Below, in pieces: positions 27,901 through 41,667 of a stretch of 64,000 nucleotides of DNA. Made by a program: the position numbers and the translations under genes. The notes beneath the pieces were generated by a model. It did not search any database and was not told the origin of the DNA. It saw nothing but the letters and a program-made list of their open reading frames with translations. The first letter of the stretch is position 1; the number at the start of each line of letters is the position of its first letter. This stretch comes from Trichoplax adhaerens (taxonomy: Eukaryota > Animalia > Placozoa), in the NCBI RefSeq assembly GCF_000150275.1, contig NW_002060958.1, forward strand, positions 1,030,929 through 1,094,928, read 5' to 3'.

Positions 27901-30900
27901 TAGTCTAGAAAAATAACGTCAGTGTTTCCTTAAAATAAAAGCGAATTTTTTCATCATATTAACATTGATCTCATCAGACAATGTATTTTCGTAAAAGTGT
28001 CACGATTTCCTTACAAGACTGCCTTAGAAAGTCTTTAATAGGCAACTAAGCTGGCAAGTAAAGCCTTACTAAAGTACCACAACATTTCAGCACTTTATTC
28101 CTAATTATTAATATGGCAAAGTAATTGATCTAGATCCGATATGATGCCCGTTGAGGCATCATTTTAAGCTCATCTGAGCATCTTCTCATTTTCCACGTGC
28201 AATGGAGTAAAACTTAGGTAAATCATAAACGAAATAAAATTGAAAATTGACTAGCTACCGTAGTCATGAATGATCCTTCTGTCCATGTTGCGAGATAAAT
28301 TGTTATGTAATTAATTGAATCAGTTTTGATTTTGAATTTCCATTATGTATTTTAACGAAAGGTACTTATAACAAATATTTATGTTGATAATGAATGTAAA
28401 TAATTCATTAATTCCGCTTATTCTTTCATAGATTTTCAAATGATATTAGCCATTTTAATTTAATTACGTTACTATTGTTGAAGCTCATTAAATTCTATTA
28501 CTTTTTGTTCTTATTGATAGTAAATTTGTACAGTAGGACTATTCTAGCCTGGTATCGTATATTGTTGATGTTAACAAGAAAGAATTATCCCCTCCATGTC
28601 TATTTATACGTTCAAGGTAGAAGTAATTTTATTTGATACCGTATTCTAATTTGTCATAGTAGAGGGTATGGCAATTATTGCAGACATGTCTAGATTAGTA
28701 TTGAAGAATTTTATAATAACCTTGTGCCTACTAATCCGTGATAGAAATCGCTGCATTTCTTGTACAGTTTCTAATGGGATAAGGCAACTCTTTAGTGATT
28801 TTTAGAATGGATTAATATTTGCTCTATGCATTATATTATACAATTAAATACTTTACTGACCTATTTTTGATTTGCCTGAAGCATCTCGTAATGGTGGAAC
28901 AATCCTTTCCGGATTGACCATCTGCCGAAATTAATAACATAATGATCATTATATTTATACTATAAACTAATTAACAGATATCATCAATCAAAATTCAATT
29001 ATCTTTCTTCTTATAATCACTACATTACCTGTAAGGCTTCTCTTAGCCAAATTAAATCTTGTTTACTACGATTGACCTCAATCAAACTTTTATCAAAGAT
29101 TGTCAGATTGGTCTGTAGTAAGGGAAAGTAAAATAAATAATCAACCCAATGAATTAGAGTACATATCACAACCTTCTTGTAATAGTCTGTTTCAATACAG
29201 AAATACATTCTTCTTAATTTAGTAGCTCAGTTAAGGACAGACACCGCAATATTCATGCTAGTGTACATGAAGGAGAATAGTCCGGTAAATCGATAAGATC
29301 ATGAACTGATACTGGAATAGAATGCTGTTTATAAACTGAAAAACTAACGATTCCTACTCAGAACATCATCTATAAAATAAATATTTCACTATGTACTGTA
29401 TAGGGGTCAGCATTAAAGGTGAAAATGATGCAATTGCCAAACAAAATTTAAACTAGAAGTGTTAGGGTCTAGAGTATCTAAAGCTTTGTAATAACGGTGG
29501 AGGGCAATTTAAAATCATTGTTGATTCTGTCAATTACCATTTCTATATAATCTTGGCAAAGATACTATTCTACGATTGCAATAAATCGTGCTATTCGTAC
29601 TGAATAACATTATGAAATAAGGAAATCAATTTGAATGGTCCTGCTGTATAAGGAAACCGCCATAAATCGCATTACTTAGATTGAGGTAGCTTTTAAATAC
29701 CTTAGTTATTATTTTAAATGGTGATTCTTGATCTTCATCGATGCAGGTTACATTAATGATGAGAGTATGTATTGCTTCTTTGTGGCTACCATATTGAAAG
29801 AGATAGATTGAATAGATGGTGATTCATCATTGGAAAAGATTTTTCTTGCTGTTTTCTTGATAGTTGGAATATTAAAGAACATTCTATGAATACTTACACA
29901 GATTTAGGTGATGTTGGAACAGACACCGATGCAGAGGCGATATGCGAATTACATGTTTTCGAATGGCTTTCTAAGTCTGTTATCCTAAAAAATGAATCAA
30001 ACAAAGATTTATATATATATGTTATATACTACGTAAGCTTATTGTTAGCTATAATTCCTATACGATAATAATTAAAATAGCCGTCCTATGACGAAGTATA
30101 TAATGCTATAACAGTCAAAATGAGTTGGAAAAATAACGCAAATGCTCATGATCCAATGCCTTGCAATCCTTAAAAGTGTATTAGACATCAAAATACTGTA
30201 GATAGCTAATAGTGCAAACTTAAGTCCCTATATTACTCATATTTTAAAAATCTAGCATTTTGAAAAGATTTTATAAATTTGTAGCCAGCCTGCACTTAAC
30301 ATAAGCAGTGAAACTAATGATTTTATTGATATATGCTCCCAAAATCAACTAGATGTTAATGAATACGCAACAATAAAATAACTGCTGATGCAGATAGCCG
30401 ATAGAAAGACTAAAGGATTTGGTACTGTAGAAAAGGCCTTACATGCTTATACTAAAGAATTATGAACATGTATTGTTGCCTACATTTTAATCTCTTATAG
30501 ACTTGAAATATCATTATATTAATGGCACTAATAATTTCTTATTTCTGCGTAATATTCTACAGACTAGATCAACCGAATTCGATCTAATACGGGTTTGCAA
30601 GATAGGTCCCATACGTGTTATAATAATTCGATTTAGGTTATGTTTTAATTTACCTTATCTTTTCTGAACAAAGCGTACAGGATAAAACTAAATCGGAATC
30701 ATCGGCGATAGTTTTACTCTATAAATATCAAGAAGTGAAATTGAACTTAATTAGTAAGACAGAAAGTTCGTTGATATATTATTATGGGTTTTTACCATTT
30801 TTGTAAGATGATCGTAATGTTGATACTGAATAATTATAGATATACTCGTATATAATCAAACACAGAAAATTATTCATCCTAGTAAATCGATCCTGTTTTC

Positions 30901-31338
30901 ATTATCATGATTGCTACATCATAAGCTTGAGCTATATATTTTATCTATTACTGGGTTAATATTTAAAGTTAAAAAGAAGTAAGTACAGTGTAAAGTGATA
31001 CACGATATTCAGTGGGCTGACATAGGTTTGCGCGATTTCAAATTTCTTCTTTTTGATTTAATGTTAATGACACATACTCTGCTACTGTATAGGTATGTAT
31101 TATTAATGCTGCATAGATTCCATATGAAATCCTGTGAAATTAGTTTTCTAATATACTGAAAGTATAATTCGGTAAAGGATCCATAGAAGGCTATATGCGA
31201 GTCCGACAGATTTATACAAGACTGATTTAGTGACTGCACCTAGGAATTTTGTAATAAATTTCAAATTGTTTGCTCATACAACAGATGTTACCTTTTGAAG
31301 AATAGGGCGCCCATTTCTGGACCTGTTAGTGCTAGTCC
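24985..31338 (-). CDS. Divergent PX-BAR sorting-nexin-like protein with an N-terminal C2HC zinc-finger-like motif; 5' end not determined
   Basis: Manually spliced exons give SKTIADDSDLVLSCTLCSEKIRITDLESHSKTC; LIINVTCIDEDQESPFKIITK|TNLTIFDKSLIEVNRSKQDLIWLREALQ|MVNPERIVPPL...QEMQRFLSRISRHK|ILRKHPYFKVFITG (PX-like); helical BAR-like exons DYMNTLIANLTMLQNNIEEM, YLDRIERAI, MSNEIEQFDYQKELEMQQILLEYSERRCKVYEQ|YHSKWAAMK...NME*. Confidence 0.75.
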
Positions 31339-33699
31339 TAGATACGAATTCTCATCATTAGCATGGAATTATGCATTATTTAAAAAATTAATTCATAAAA
31401 CTGAGATGAAATGAATATTTTTCTAAAAGATAAATTGTGTATGAACAACTCTTATAGCAATAAGATTATTGGTTTATGTAGATCTATTTAGTAAATTATC
31501 AGGTTTCGATTTCAGTCTTGAAATACTACTGTATTTTTCGAGTATAAGAATTTTTGTTAACTTAATATTATGGTATTGATTTATTTGACATAATGCATGG
31601 TTTAGATAACACTATCGAAGTAAAATAAACAGTCTAGTATAATTTGAAATCTTCTGTAGTATAAGATTCTATTTTAAGTAAATCGTATTAGTTAATTATT
31701 CCTACTACATCGTCTTTTAAGTATAAGAGAATTGATACCGTTGAAAGTATGGCTATAATTTAAATGATTAGTAAAAAACATCAAGAAATTCGAGACTAAG
31801 CACTGACCTAAGATTGCATACTCTAAAATTTCTAGCTAATCAATGTTAAACTGCTATCGCCCATAATTAAATAAGCATCGTATCTTCAAGAGAGGAGCTA
31901 TTTATGAAGAGTTAAGTATTCCTGGTATTTTAACACTGATTACAATTTCAAAGCAGTATTTACTGTTTATATATCATACACCATCAACGGTATATTCTGG
32001 TCTTGAGTAAATGAGGTTTACTCCACTAGTCATGATGACAAGTTCGTTATATAACTTTGTTGATACGCATAAACTAAACACCATATTCACAATCAATTTG
32101 TTTCTGTTTCTAGTGTTACTGTTAACTATTTCTAGATAGTATAGAGTTTATTGCGATTATACACTATATTCTGGATGCAAATAATGTATTTTAGTATTGA
32201 CAGAAAATAAATTATTGCTTCAGGGACTAATTATAGACTGTGTAGTGGTTAGAAAAAAGAAAGATTGTTTCGCTTGTCAAGATATTGACAGCAATTTTTA
32301 CTTTTTATCTAAATGCATGATAAAATATTTCCCCTTTGTCTAATCTTCAAGTCTAATAACTTCAAAAATGTTTTATACTATATTTTATGGTCAAATTTGT
32401 CATCAACTTTAGTTAGAGATGCGGAAGATAGATCGTCAAAAACTATTTAAAACTACTATTTTAGCTATAAAAGGAAGTATAACTTTGTGATTACTGATCA
32501 CTTAGTAAATACTTTGTAAGATTAGTCAATTCTAATGTTAGCAATTTATACAAACTCAAAGCCATTGAAAGCCTTACATGATTATTCTTGATAGTTCAAG
32601 CCTGGAAATTTAGCCACAAGTTGAAATTGACGAAAATCAATGCTGTCCTGTAATGTGCTCTAAAGGTAGATCTATATCCTAGTAGCGCAAAAATGTTATC
32701 GTTAGTTGTTAACTAATTGGAATGCTGACTAATCACTTGGTTAAGTAATGTTCTGCTATCTGTTGTAATTACTAATAGATTGAAAATAACCTTTTAGAAT
32801 AAGTTTAATTTGTATTTAATCATAGTTAATCGCATTATTTATAATCAATCCATTAAGAACCGAATGCTCGACAGCCAACATGGGATAAAATGTAGAATTA
32901 GAGTACAAGGCAACTGTGTCAACTTATCGATTGATGAGGAAGGCAACGTTGATGGTTAGTCCGTGTCCTTACTATTGTACTATAATTTATAATTTGAATA
33001 ATAAATTGAAGCTTGTATAATAAATGTTCTGTTTATTAACATGCTTGACTAGATCGTATTATTATAACTGTTATTCCATCAACAATATATGTAAGTTCAA
33101 TTTTATTGTTTATTGCAATCCGTTATTATGTGATCCTATACGGAAAAATTTACATCAAAAGATGGTGTAGAAACCTTGATTAAGCCAGCCTTACCTCTTG
33201 TTTATTCCTAGTTATTATCATTCAGTAATATTATTAGCAATGGGCTTGGTTTAAGTTTACTGTTGTCCAGGAAACTTCTGTTAAACCATAGAAACATGAT
33301 CAAAAGAAAATTCAAATTTAATTATATTGTTTTGTAGTGGACAGGGAACAATGCAAACTACCGTTACAACGGTAATATGATAGTAGATTAAAGTTAGAGT
33401 TTATTAGCATAAGTTATAGATAGCCAATAGCAATAGTCAAAAGACATCAATTATATGTATATGTAGAGTGCATGTGGTAGATAGAAATGGTTTAGGTACT
33501 TTATGCAATAACATCCGGGTCAATCCTTTTCAATGTAAGAGTACTATGTAGAACATATAGGCGGGAATAGAATGGATGAATCTGAATATGAAATTTAAAA
33601 TCACTGGACTGACAGTCCTGACTTGATAGGGTGAGCTTGATGGAAAGATTTAACCATCGATGGTACAGTATGTGAAATGATTTCTTATAGTTTTGATGA

Positions 33700-34810
33700 T
33701 TAATTGAAAACAGATAAATTAAAATAGATCAATAAAGATACTCTCAGCGTCGAAATACATTGTTATGGTATTAACAATTAGTGGAAAAATAGATAAATTA
33801 AATGTCTAAATAGATAAACTCATCGCTCTGAAATGTATTGTTGTAGTTCTTGTTATTAATCGGGAAGAAGAGGCATTAGAATTGACTTCTACATTGATAA
33901 GCTCACAGTCCTGGAATATATTAGCAAGGTTTAGCTGTTCATGCGAAATAAATGCATTCAAACATAAAATTCTAAATTGATAAACTCATAGCTCTGAAAT
34001 ATATTATTAAGGCTTTTATTATTAAAAAGAAAAAAGACGCATACTAATACACCTCTAAATGGATAGACTCATAGCTCTGAAGTGTGCCATAATAGTTTCT
34101 ATTAATTATAATTATGAATGGGAACAGATAAATTAAATATACTTCGAAAGGGATAAATTCACACTTCTTAATAGCACTATTACGGTTTTCGTTATGAATG
34201 GCAAATAGATGGATAAAAAATACTTCTTCAGGTAACCTGATAGCTTTGAAATGCTCTGAATGCACTAAAATAAGGTTGTCGTTATTGACCGGAAACAGAT
34301 AATTTAAATACACTTCTTTAGATATACTCATAATCCTGAATTGCATAGTTATTTATATTTTTTGTTACTAATAGGAAACAGATGAATCAAGTATACTTCT
34401 TCAGATAAACTTAAAACTCAGAAATGCACTATTATAGCTTTATTTATTAGAGGAAAGCAGATAAATTGAGTATACTTGTATAGATGGTCAAATTTACAAC
34501 TAGAAGATGTACTATTGATGGCTTTCATTGTTCATAGAAACAGATAAATTAAACATGCGTGTAAACTCCCAATTTTGAAATACAGTAGGATAGTTTTCCT
34601 TTTTCAATAGGAACAAAAAAATTAAGATGGACTTCTTAAAGAATAAATGCATTGCTCTGAAATGCATTATGATCAATTTTCTTTATTAATGGAATATAGA
34701 CAATTTAGCTAAATAAATAGATAAACTCACATCACTAAAATGAACTGTTATGGCTTTAATAAGTAATGGAAAATATTTAAATTAAATAAACGAACCGATA
34801 AACTTACAGC
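33700..34810. repeat. Degenerate ~80-85 bp tandem satellite, roughly 13-14 units
   Basis: Recurrent GATAAACTCATAGCTCTGAAAT...GGAAACAGATAAATTAAAT motifs at ~80-bp spacing. Confidence 0.75.
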
Positions 34811-35462
34811 CATGTAGAGAATTGAAAGAGTTCGTCTAAAACTGGTGCAGTTGGAAATAACCCTATGGATTATGAGCTATGAATAAAGTTAAGAAAATAA
34901 CTTGCTGATCTAGAAGGCTTGCAGTGAGATCAGTTCAAAGTGATGATGTAAAATATCTTATGAAATAGAACTTGAGTCAAACATTGAATAAAAGTCCGGG
35001 AATTGTTTTTTGTACCTTTTCTTGTAGTATAATATAATTAGAGTCGGATGATAGACCTAAAGTTGAAAACATCGTTCGCTCATTCTTTTAATAAATAAAA
35101 ATATCAACTGCAGCACGTACTGATAATCAAAAGACAATGTTGTCGCTTATTTAATTAAGGGAGAATCCTCCCGCTTTGCATATGGGTTGCATGCAGCTGG
35201 CTTGCTTATTATGTTAATAAATTATAAATCACCAATGATAATCATCACAATATCATACGTAAGTACTAGCAAAATGTGCAAAAATGTACATTGGCTGGGT
35301 AATCGAGAAACATATATTAATTATAATAATTGATTTTTAAAATTCCCAATTACTATCTCAGCCATTATTTTACATTGAGTAAATTTTTTATCTAGACAAT
35401 ACCTTGAAAAATTAGTCATAATTTATAGTGAACATGATGAATACTCAATGACTTGTTCAATT

Positions 35463-35632
35463 AAAGATATTGTGCGATGACTATTACTTCATTAAAATAT
35501 TAACATATTTATTGAGTTCAATATTCAAGAATTTATAGTAATTAAACCTGAATTTAAGATATTGTGTGATTTCTATTACTTCTTTAAAAAATTTATTGAG
35601 TTCATCATTCAAGAATTTATAGTGATAAAACC
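35463..35632. repeat. Imperfect ~90-bp direct duplication
   Basis: AAGATATTGTG..GAT..CTATTACTTC...ATTTATTGAGTTCA..ATTCAAGAATTTATAGT occurs twice. Confidence 0.75.
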
Positions 35633-38600
35633 TAAGTTAGTTCCTGTATGGACTTATAATAATAACATTGTTTAATCTTCGTTGTTGGTGAACAGTGAGT
35701 AATACCATCGCTAAATAACCAGTCGATATTTTAAATTGATTGCTCTAAAGGCGTAGTTATATTACTTGACTCAAGTATTACATAACCATTAGGCAAGTCG
35801 TGAAATCTTGCGAGATGGCTGGAAAATGTGAACAAGTTAAATATAAGTTGCGATGTCAGCAAGATTTGTTTGGCATGTAGTAACACAAAGATCCAACGTA
35901 AGGTTAGCAGCGTCTTGAACATCTTCTGCTGGTACATGTGGTCATTTCCACATAGACAGATTTAATAGAAGGCATTTTCCCAATATGGAAAGAAATCATA
36001 TTTTATGGATTTAAATTGAATAAGTACAGGTATAGATAAATAATTACAGCAATTATAAAATAAAGGAGGACAAAATTTTTCAATATGAAAATAAGAGTGC
36101 TATTTGTTGATACTTGGAGAACAAAATTGCATAAAATATGTATTTAATAAGTAGTAAATAAGTAGATATTATTGGATATGATGATGTAAGATTAGAGCTT
36201 ATCAGCCTTTCAGTTGGAGAGAACACTTAATACAGACAGTAACTCGCAAGCGTTCTATCAACAGCACCTCTAGGATGATAAACAACTGCTCTTTTGATAA
36301 AATCTAATCGCAAAATTTAATCATAAGAGTAATGCAACCGTGCTTGCTGCACTTTAGTAATATTGATATTCAAAGCTGAGTGACTTTCATGTAGAATTGA
36401 TTCAGAAATAAAAGCCTTTGATTATTCTACCAGCGATACTATATGAGTTTACAATAGTATATTATTGTTTTTAATATGCAGATGCTAATGGTTAATCATT
36501 TACTAACACTATTGGTGTTTGTAGTTGAAGAAATGTTAAATCAGACGATCTATGATGATAAGTAGGCCTACATTGTATTTCTATGCTACCATTTCATAGC
36601 CAAGATATACTTTTTCCATATTCATGGTTATAATATAAGTATTAAAAGGTTTATACAAGTATCGTAGGCGCGAAGTATCGATAGGATATTATAATATAGT
36701 TTTTTCTTCGCTTAGGTAAGGCATGATCTTTATTCTTTAAATGACTAGTTATGACATACTCTAAAAGCTGACAAAACAGTTTGATTTAATGAATGTAAGG
36801 ACTGACAGGTGGCTAACGCATTATTTTATGACTGTTTTGTACCTGTACCGCATAGCAGAGTATTTAAAGTCTATAATCCGCTAATGAAATTGACGTCAGT
36901 GCTAATAAATGCTTTGAAAATAACTAATTATGGCTATAATCTCTTTTAAGTAATTCATTCCTTAACTTTCATAATGATACCGTAGTTGGAATTTCTTAAT
37001 GTTATTTGTTAATAATATTATAATTGATGTTTTAATTTCCGTTGTATAGGCTAGTAACAAATTGTTTTAATTTGTTTGAAGTCTAAGCTGTAAAGTAATT
37101 CCTTTCTAATCTCTTCGTAATATGCTGTACTTCAGCAAATTACTTTGAATTTAAAATTAGTGTCAACATAGATAGATGGATTAATTTTGAAACTAAAGTA
37201 CATTTTAAAACATTTGAGTACTTATACGTTACACCAGCAAACAGTGCAATGAAATAATAGAAATAAAATTAACGATCTTCCACATCATGCTGTAATTTTT
37301 GATTCCGAATTTCGTAGCAGACAGCTTAGTCTACAATTAAAGCTACGTAAATATTGTAATGAAGTGACAGAAATAAAAATGATGACCTTCATCATTATAC
37401 TATAACTTTATATTTAGAGTTTCCCAACAGATAATTCAGTCAAGCGTTGAACTATCGAAGCTATAAATGATATTATAATTAACTTAAGTATACACAATAA
37501 ATGATTAAATATAGCTGTTAATTTAATTTTTCTGTAGTAATGCCAATAGGATTCATATAGTACAAATTATCACTTACTGCCCATATTAAAGTTTCTTATT
37601 ATTCATACAGTATAATACTCTATTTCAGCGACTAGTTTGCTTAAATGATGGACAGTATGGAAAAGATTGATTGAATTACCATTCATCGGGGTAGTTAGGC
37701 TAAAGTATATAGTGACGGAGTCTACTGTAAATAGTATATGCTGCTATGTCAATATCCATTTTGTGTATTAATTCTATTCTCTCAATAAGATTGAGTATTC
37801 AGCTCTGGTAGTTTCTTTGCGTACTGTACTCTTAATCAAATGAGATTTAAATCAGTAGAGCTTCATTTAATTTCAATACTATATTCTATATAACTTTTAT
37901 CCCATTAGTGGCAAATCCTATCAGTAACAGTAATAAAATGGGTCATAAATAGTTAAGCTACTGTTTTAAACTACCATGGTTTAGGTATGCTTCAGGTCCA
38001 GCTGCTAAAAAGGTAAATAGAAACCTACCATCTACTTGTTCATTTCTTGATTGGGACGGTAGTGCTATCGAAGACCTAATCGAGGACTGAGATTAGCTAA
38101 GCAACAGTATTTACCTAATGGTAGTAAGGCACGCTTAATTCTAACTAATTACAGTCTATAACGCTAAAAATTGCAGCTGGTTGCGATTAGTGACTGTAGA
38201 AGCTTCTAGGAATATTAACTTTCAGATATGGAAAGTAGAGTCGATGGATCGATAGATATTATTTCGATGAAATTGATTCAGTGGCCTATATTATGCCTAC
38301 ATAATTATTCAATGATACACATAATCATAATGGAATTCAGTAGCGATAGCCATATAATCACAATATTAATGTGAAATATTCTAATAGCAAGATTATTGGT
38401 ACATGTAAAAAAGAGTCGATATACAGTACTGTATATAAAAGTACATGCGCCTAGTATACATAATAATAATTGTTAACAATTCTCGACGATACTACGTCAG
38501 AAGCAATGCACTAAGTATTATTATCCACCTTGATCAAGCGCAATACTAAACAGCATAAGAAATAATGAACGATCATGCATGAGTAAGCACTCCCTTCTTC

Positions 38601-40240
38601 TATAAACAGTCTAAACAAGATACGAAAGTTTTTAATTTTCATGAGCGTGTTCTAATAGTTTAAAATGCGAGAATACAGATTACTTTAAATCATATTCGAA
38701 TTCTTGCATCTAACGCTTAGATGGACACCATGATCTTGCCTTACTTTCGGCTCTACAAATTATACGCGTATACGCATAACTAGAACTTGCACTTTGATGT
38801 GCATAACTAATGAAAGGTAAATTTACAAAGCGTAGTATGGCCGACCGTATGGATTTGTATCAGTTGTCATTTTGACTTTTTGTCTCATTTCACCACTTTA
38901 ATATTTACTTCATACATTGATTATGTATTACTAGTATTGGAGCTATTCTTTTACTACATCATCTTGTGCCTTGACTAGCAGATTTCGCGCTTGCGATACC
39001 TTCAGGAATGGCTTTACCATTTCTTCTTGCTAGTTATTTAGCTATAATTGCATATCAGTATGCTAACGAACGCTTCTACTGAAGTGTATATTTTAATTGG
39101 CCTTTTGCCGTAATAGCCATCAATATTTACAGAAGTTACTATATTAATTTCTTTGGATTATGCCAATTTTTGATGCGATATCAACGTTAGTTTATTTTCT
39201 ACGTATATTTGCCTGTCCTTAAGAACCCAAACCTATACGAGTCTATAAAGTGCTAGACTTCATTAAATACGATCGGATAAGCAATTTAAAACGTTTATCA
39301 GTGATACCGGTCCATGGATGGAATCCTGATCGGTTGTTGGTTTACTATGATCTCGGCGTAGCGCATTCTACGGATCAACAGTCTATCGATAACGGTATTG
39401 CAATCCTGACTAGCAAATAAATTTCTGTAGGTATCGGATACCGTAACCGAGATTCTTTTGCTTGCCGATTTTCTGTCGAGATTTCTAAATTAGTACAGTA
39501 GAACCTGAGTCATTCGACTCAATTCCTACTCAGTACATACGCGTATTGCATTAAGTAATGGCAGATGAATTATCAAGGACTTGAGAAAATATACTCGTAT
39601 AGCAGGGTCAAAGATATTATATTCATGCGTTATTAGAATAATCGAAGCTATTAGTGGGTAATCCAGAAGCGATAGCTATAGCCCAAGTAGATCGCCATCA
39701 TTGAAGTGATTCTATAAGGCTTAGGGTTAGGGTAAGGTAATTCTGTTTACAAAAATGGTAATCCGCGTATTAATTATGACTAGCGGGATTGATATTATCG
39801 TTGCAAGCAATATATTATTTGTAATGTGCAATTTGGTGTGCGAAAACCGAGCCTTATATACGTATATCTATATATACAGTATACTTTATCCACAGCTGGG
39901 TGTGCGGCTTCAGCTAGTAATAGATAAATGTCTTATTCGAATATCTTAATCCATTGTCGTCTACGTGATGAAAGATGAAATGAACATTTTCCGTTGGATT
40001 TTAGCCTTTTCTATTATTTCGTTGATAGATTATGTAGCCAAAATACGACGTTATACGGGTATATTATAATTAAAAGATATCGCAATGTATGCTTTTGCCT
40101 CATGTTGCAACTCGTATCTTTTTTACCTCCTACCGTATCTATTTTAGTCGTTATCTAGTAGCAACGATTATGGTTATTAACAGAAGTCACTGTATCGATT
40201 TTTGGGGATTTTACCAATTTTGTGGCGATATCAACGCTAT

Positions 40241-40782
40241 TTTAGTCATAATTTTAGACGTATTTTACCTGTATTCAATAAACGTCTTATTTGAGCATCA
40301 TGATCTATCGTCTTTTTTCAACCAGTTCTATTTACTACGCGTAAGCTTGGTATTCAAGCGTTTAGGGTTAGCTATGTCGAGTAGAATTACTAAGTAGAGT
40401 GCAGGAGGTCCAACAGTACAAGGGAAATAGAGTAGAAGGAAGGAGAGTTCGCTTAATCAACTATACGTATATTGAAGGAGGAATGTCTACAATCTCTTTT
40501 GACATTATATTTTAGTCATAATTTTAGACGCATTTTACCTGTATTCAATAAACGTCTTATTTGAGCATCATGATCTATCGTCTTTTTTCAACCAGTTCTA
40601 TTTACTACGCTTAAGCTTGGTATTCAAGCGTTTAGGGTTAGCTATGTCGAGTAGAATTACTAAGTAGAGTGCATGAGGTCCAACAGTACAAAGGAAATAC
40701 AGTAAAAGGAAGGAGAGTTCGCCTAGTCAACTATACGTATATCAAAGAAGGAATGTCTACAATCTCTCTTGATATTATATTA
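40241..40782. repeat. 2 x 270-bp tandem duplication
   Basis: TTTAGTCATAATTTTAGACG.ATTTTACCTGTATTCAATAAACG at 40241 and 40511, nearly identical throughout. Confidence 0.95.
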
Positions 40783-41667
40783 TAGGAGGCAATGCAGTGC
40801 AGTACATTTATATTAAAAGTCGCATTTTAAAGTGCCACATCATTTTGAAGGGGATTTACTTTTAAAAGCATGCAATACTTTTATATACTATTATTGCTGA
40901 CCTAGTCCGTCGGTCTGGTCCGGGTGTATGGACTGTAACACCTAAGACGAGTCCGGTAGTCCATGCCTCTGTCTCGTGTTTAGAGCGATCTCTCCGATCT
41001 CTCATCTCTACCCGGTGTCTCGGGGAATTGGTTCCGGTAGAGGAATGACTGGGCAATCAACCAACTTGATAGCCACTTCAGAGCGTAGCCGTAAACACTA
41101 CAGTACAGTGCACGATTTTAGATGAACAGAATAGCTAAAATAAGCACCGAAATAGTCAGCTAGCCTGTTCTAGGGCAACGAATGGCGTTGGCAGTTCTTC
41201 TCTCTTTCTTGTAGTACTGTCGTCCAGCCGTCCTGGCCCAATGCGCATCACTGTACTCTCTCGACTCAGTGTCAAGCAGTTTGACGTGAGCAGTCAAGTC
41301 ACCCTACCCCGTTCACCCACTACTGTTTACGTCATACCCTAAAATAGAATATGATCGCAGCAACAGTCACTCAGTATATAGCCAACCTTTACAGTGTACA
41401 GTGTACAGTACGTCGATACAACTGCAAAAATACTGTGCACTCAGTACCGTCAAGACGGTACGGTACAGTTCCAGTATGGCGCTGTAGGGAGGACCCAACT
41501 GGCAACCAGAGTCCTGCTATAAATTGTCGATGTGAAGAAAAAAACATTGTGTGATCATAGCCATCTCGAGCATTTGCTCCATCAACTACCAAACATTGCC
41601 TTCAATTTCTTCTATTGACAGCTGAAAGCGTCTAAATTCTTCCCTTCCATTACTCCTCCAAGCAAAA

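Noticed and set aside
39721-39738. TTAGGGTTAGGG telomere-like motif
   Set aside because: Only two units, too short to call an interstitial telomere.
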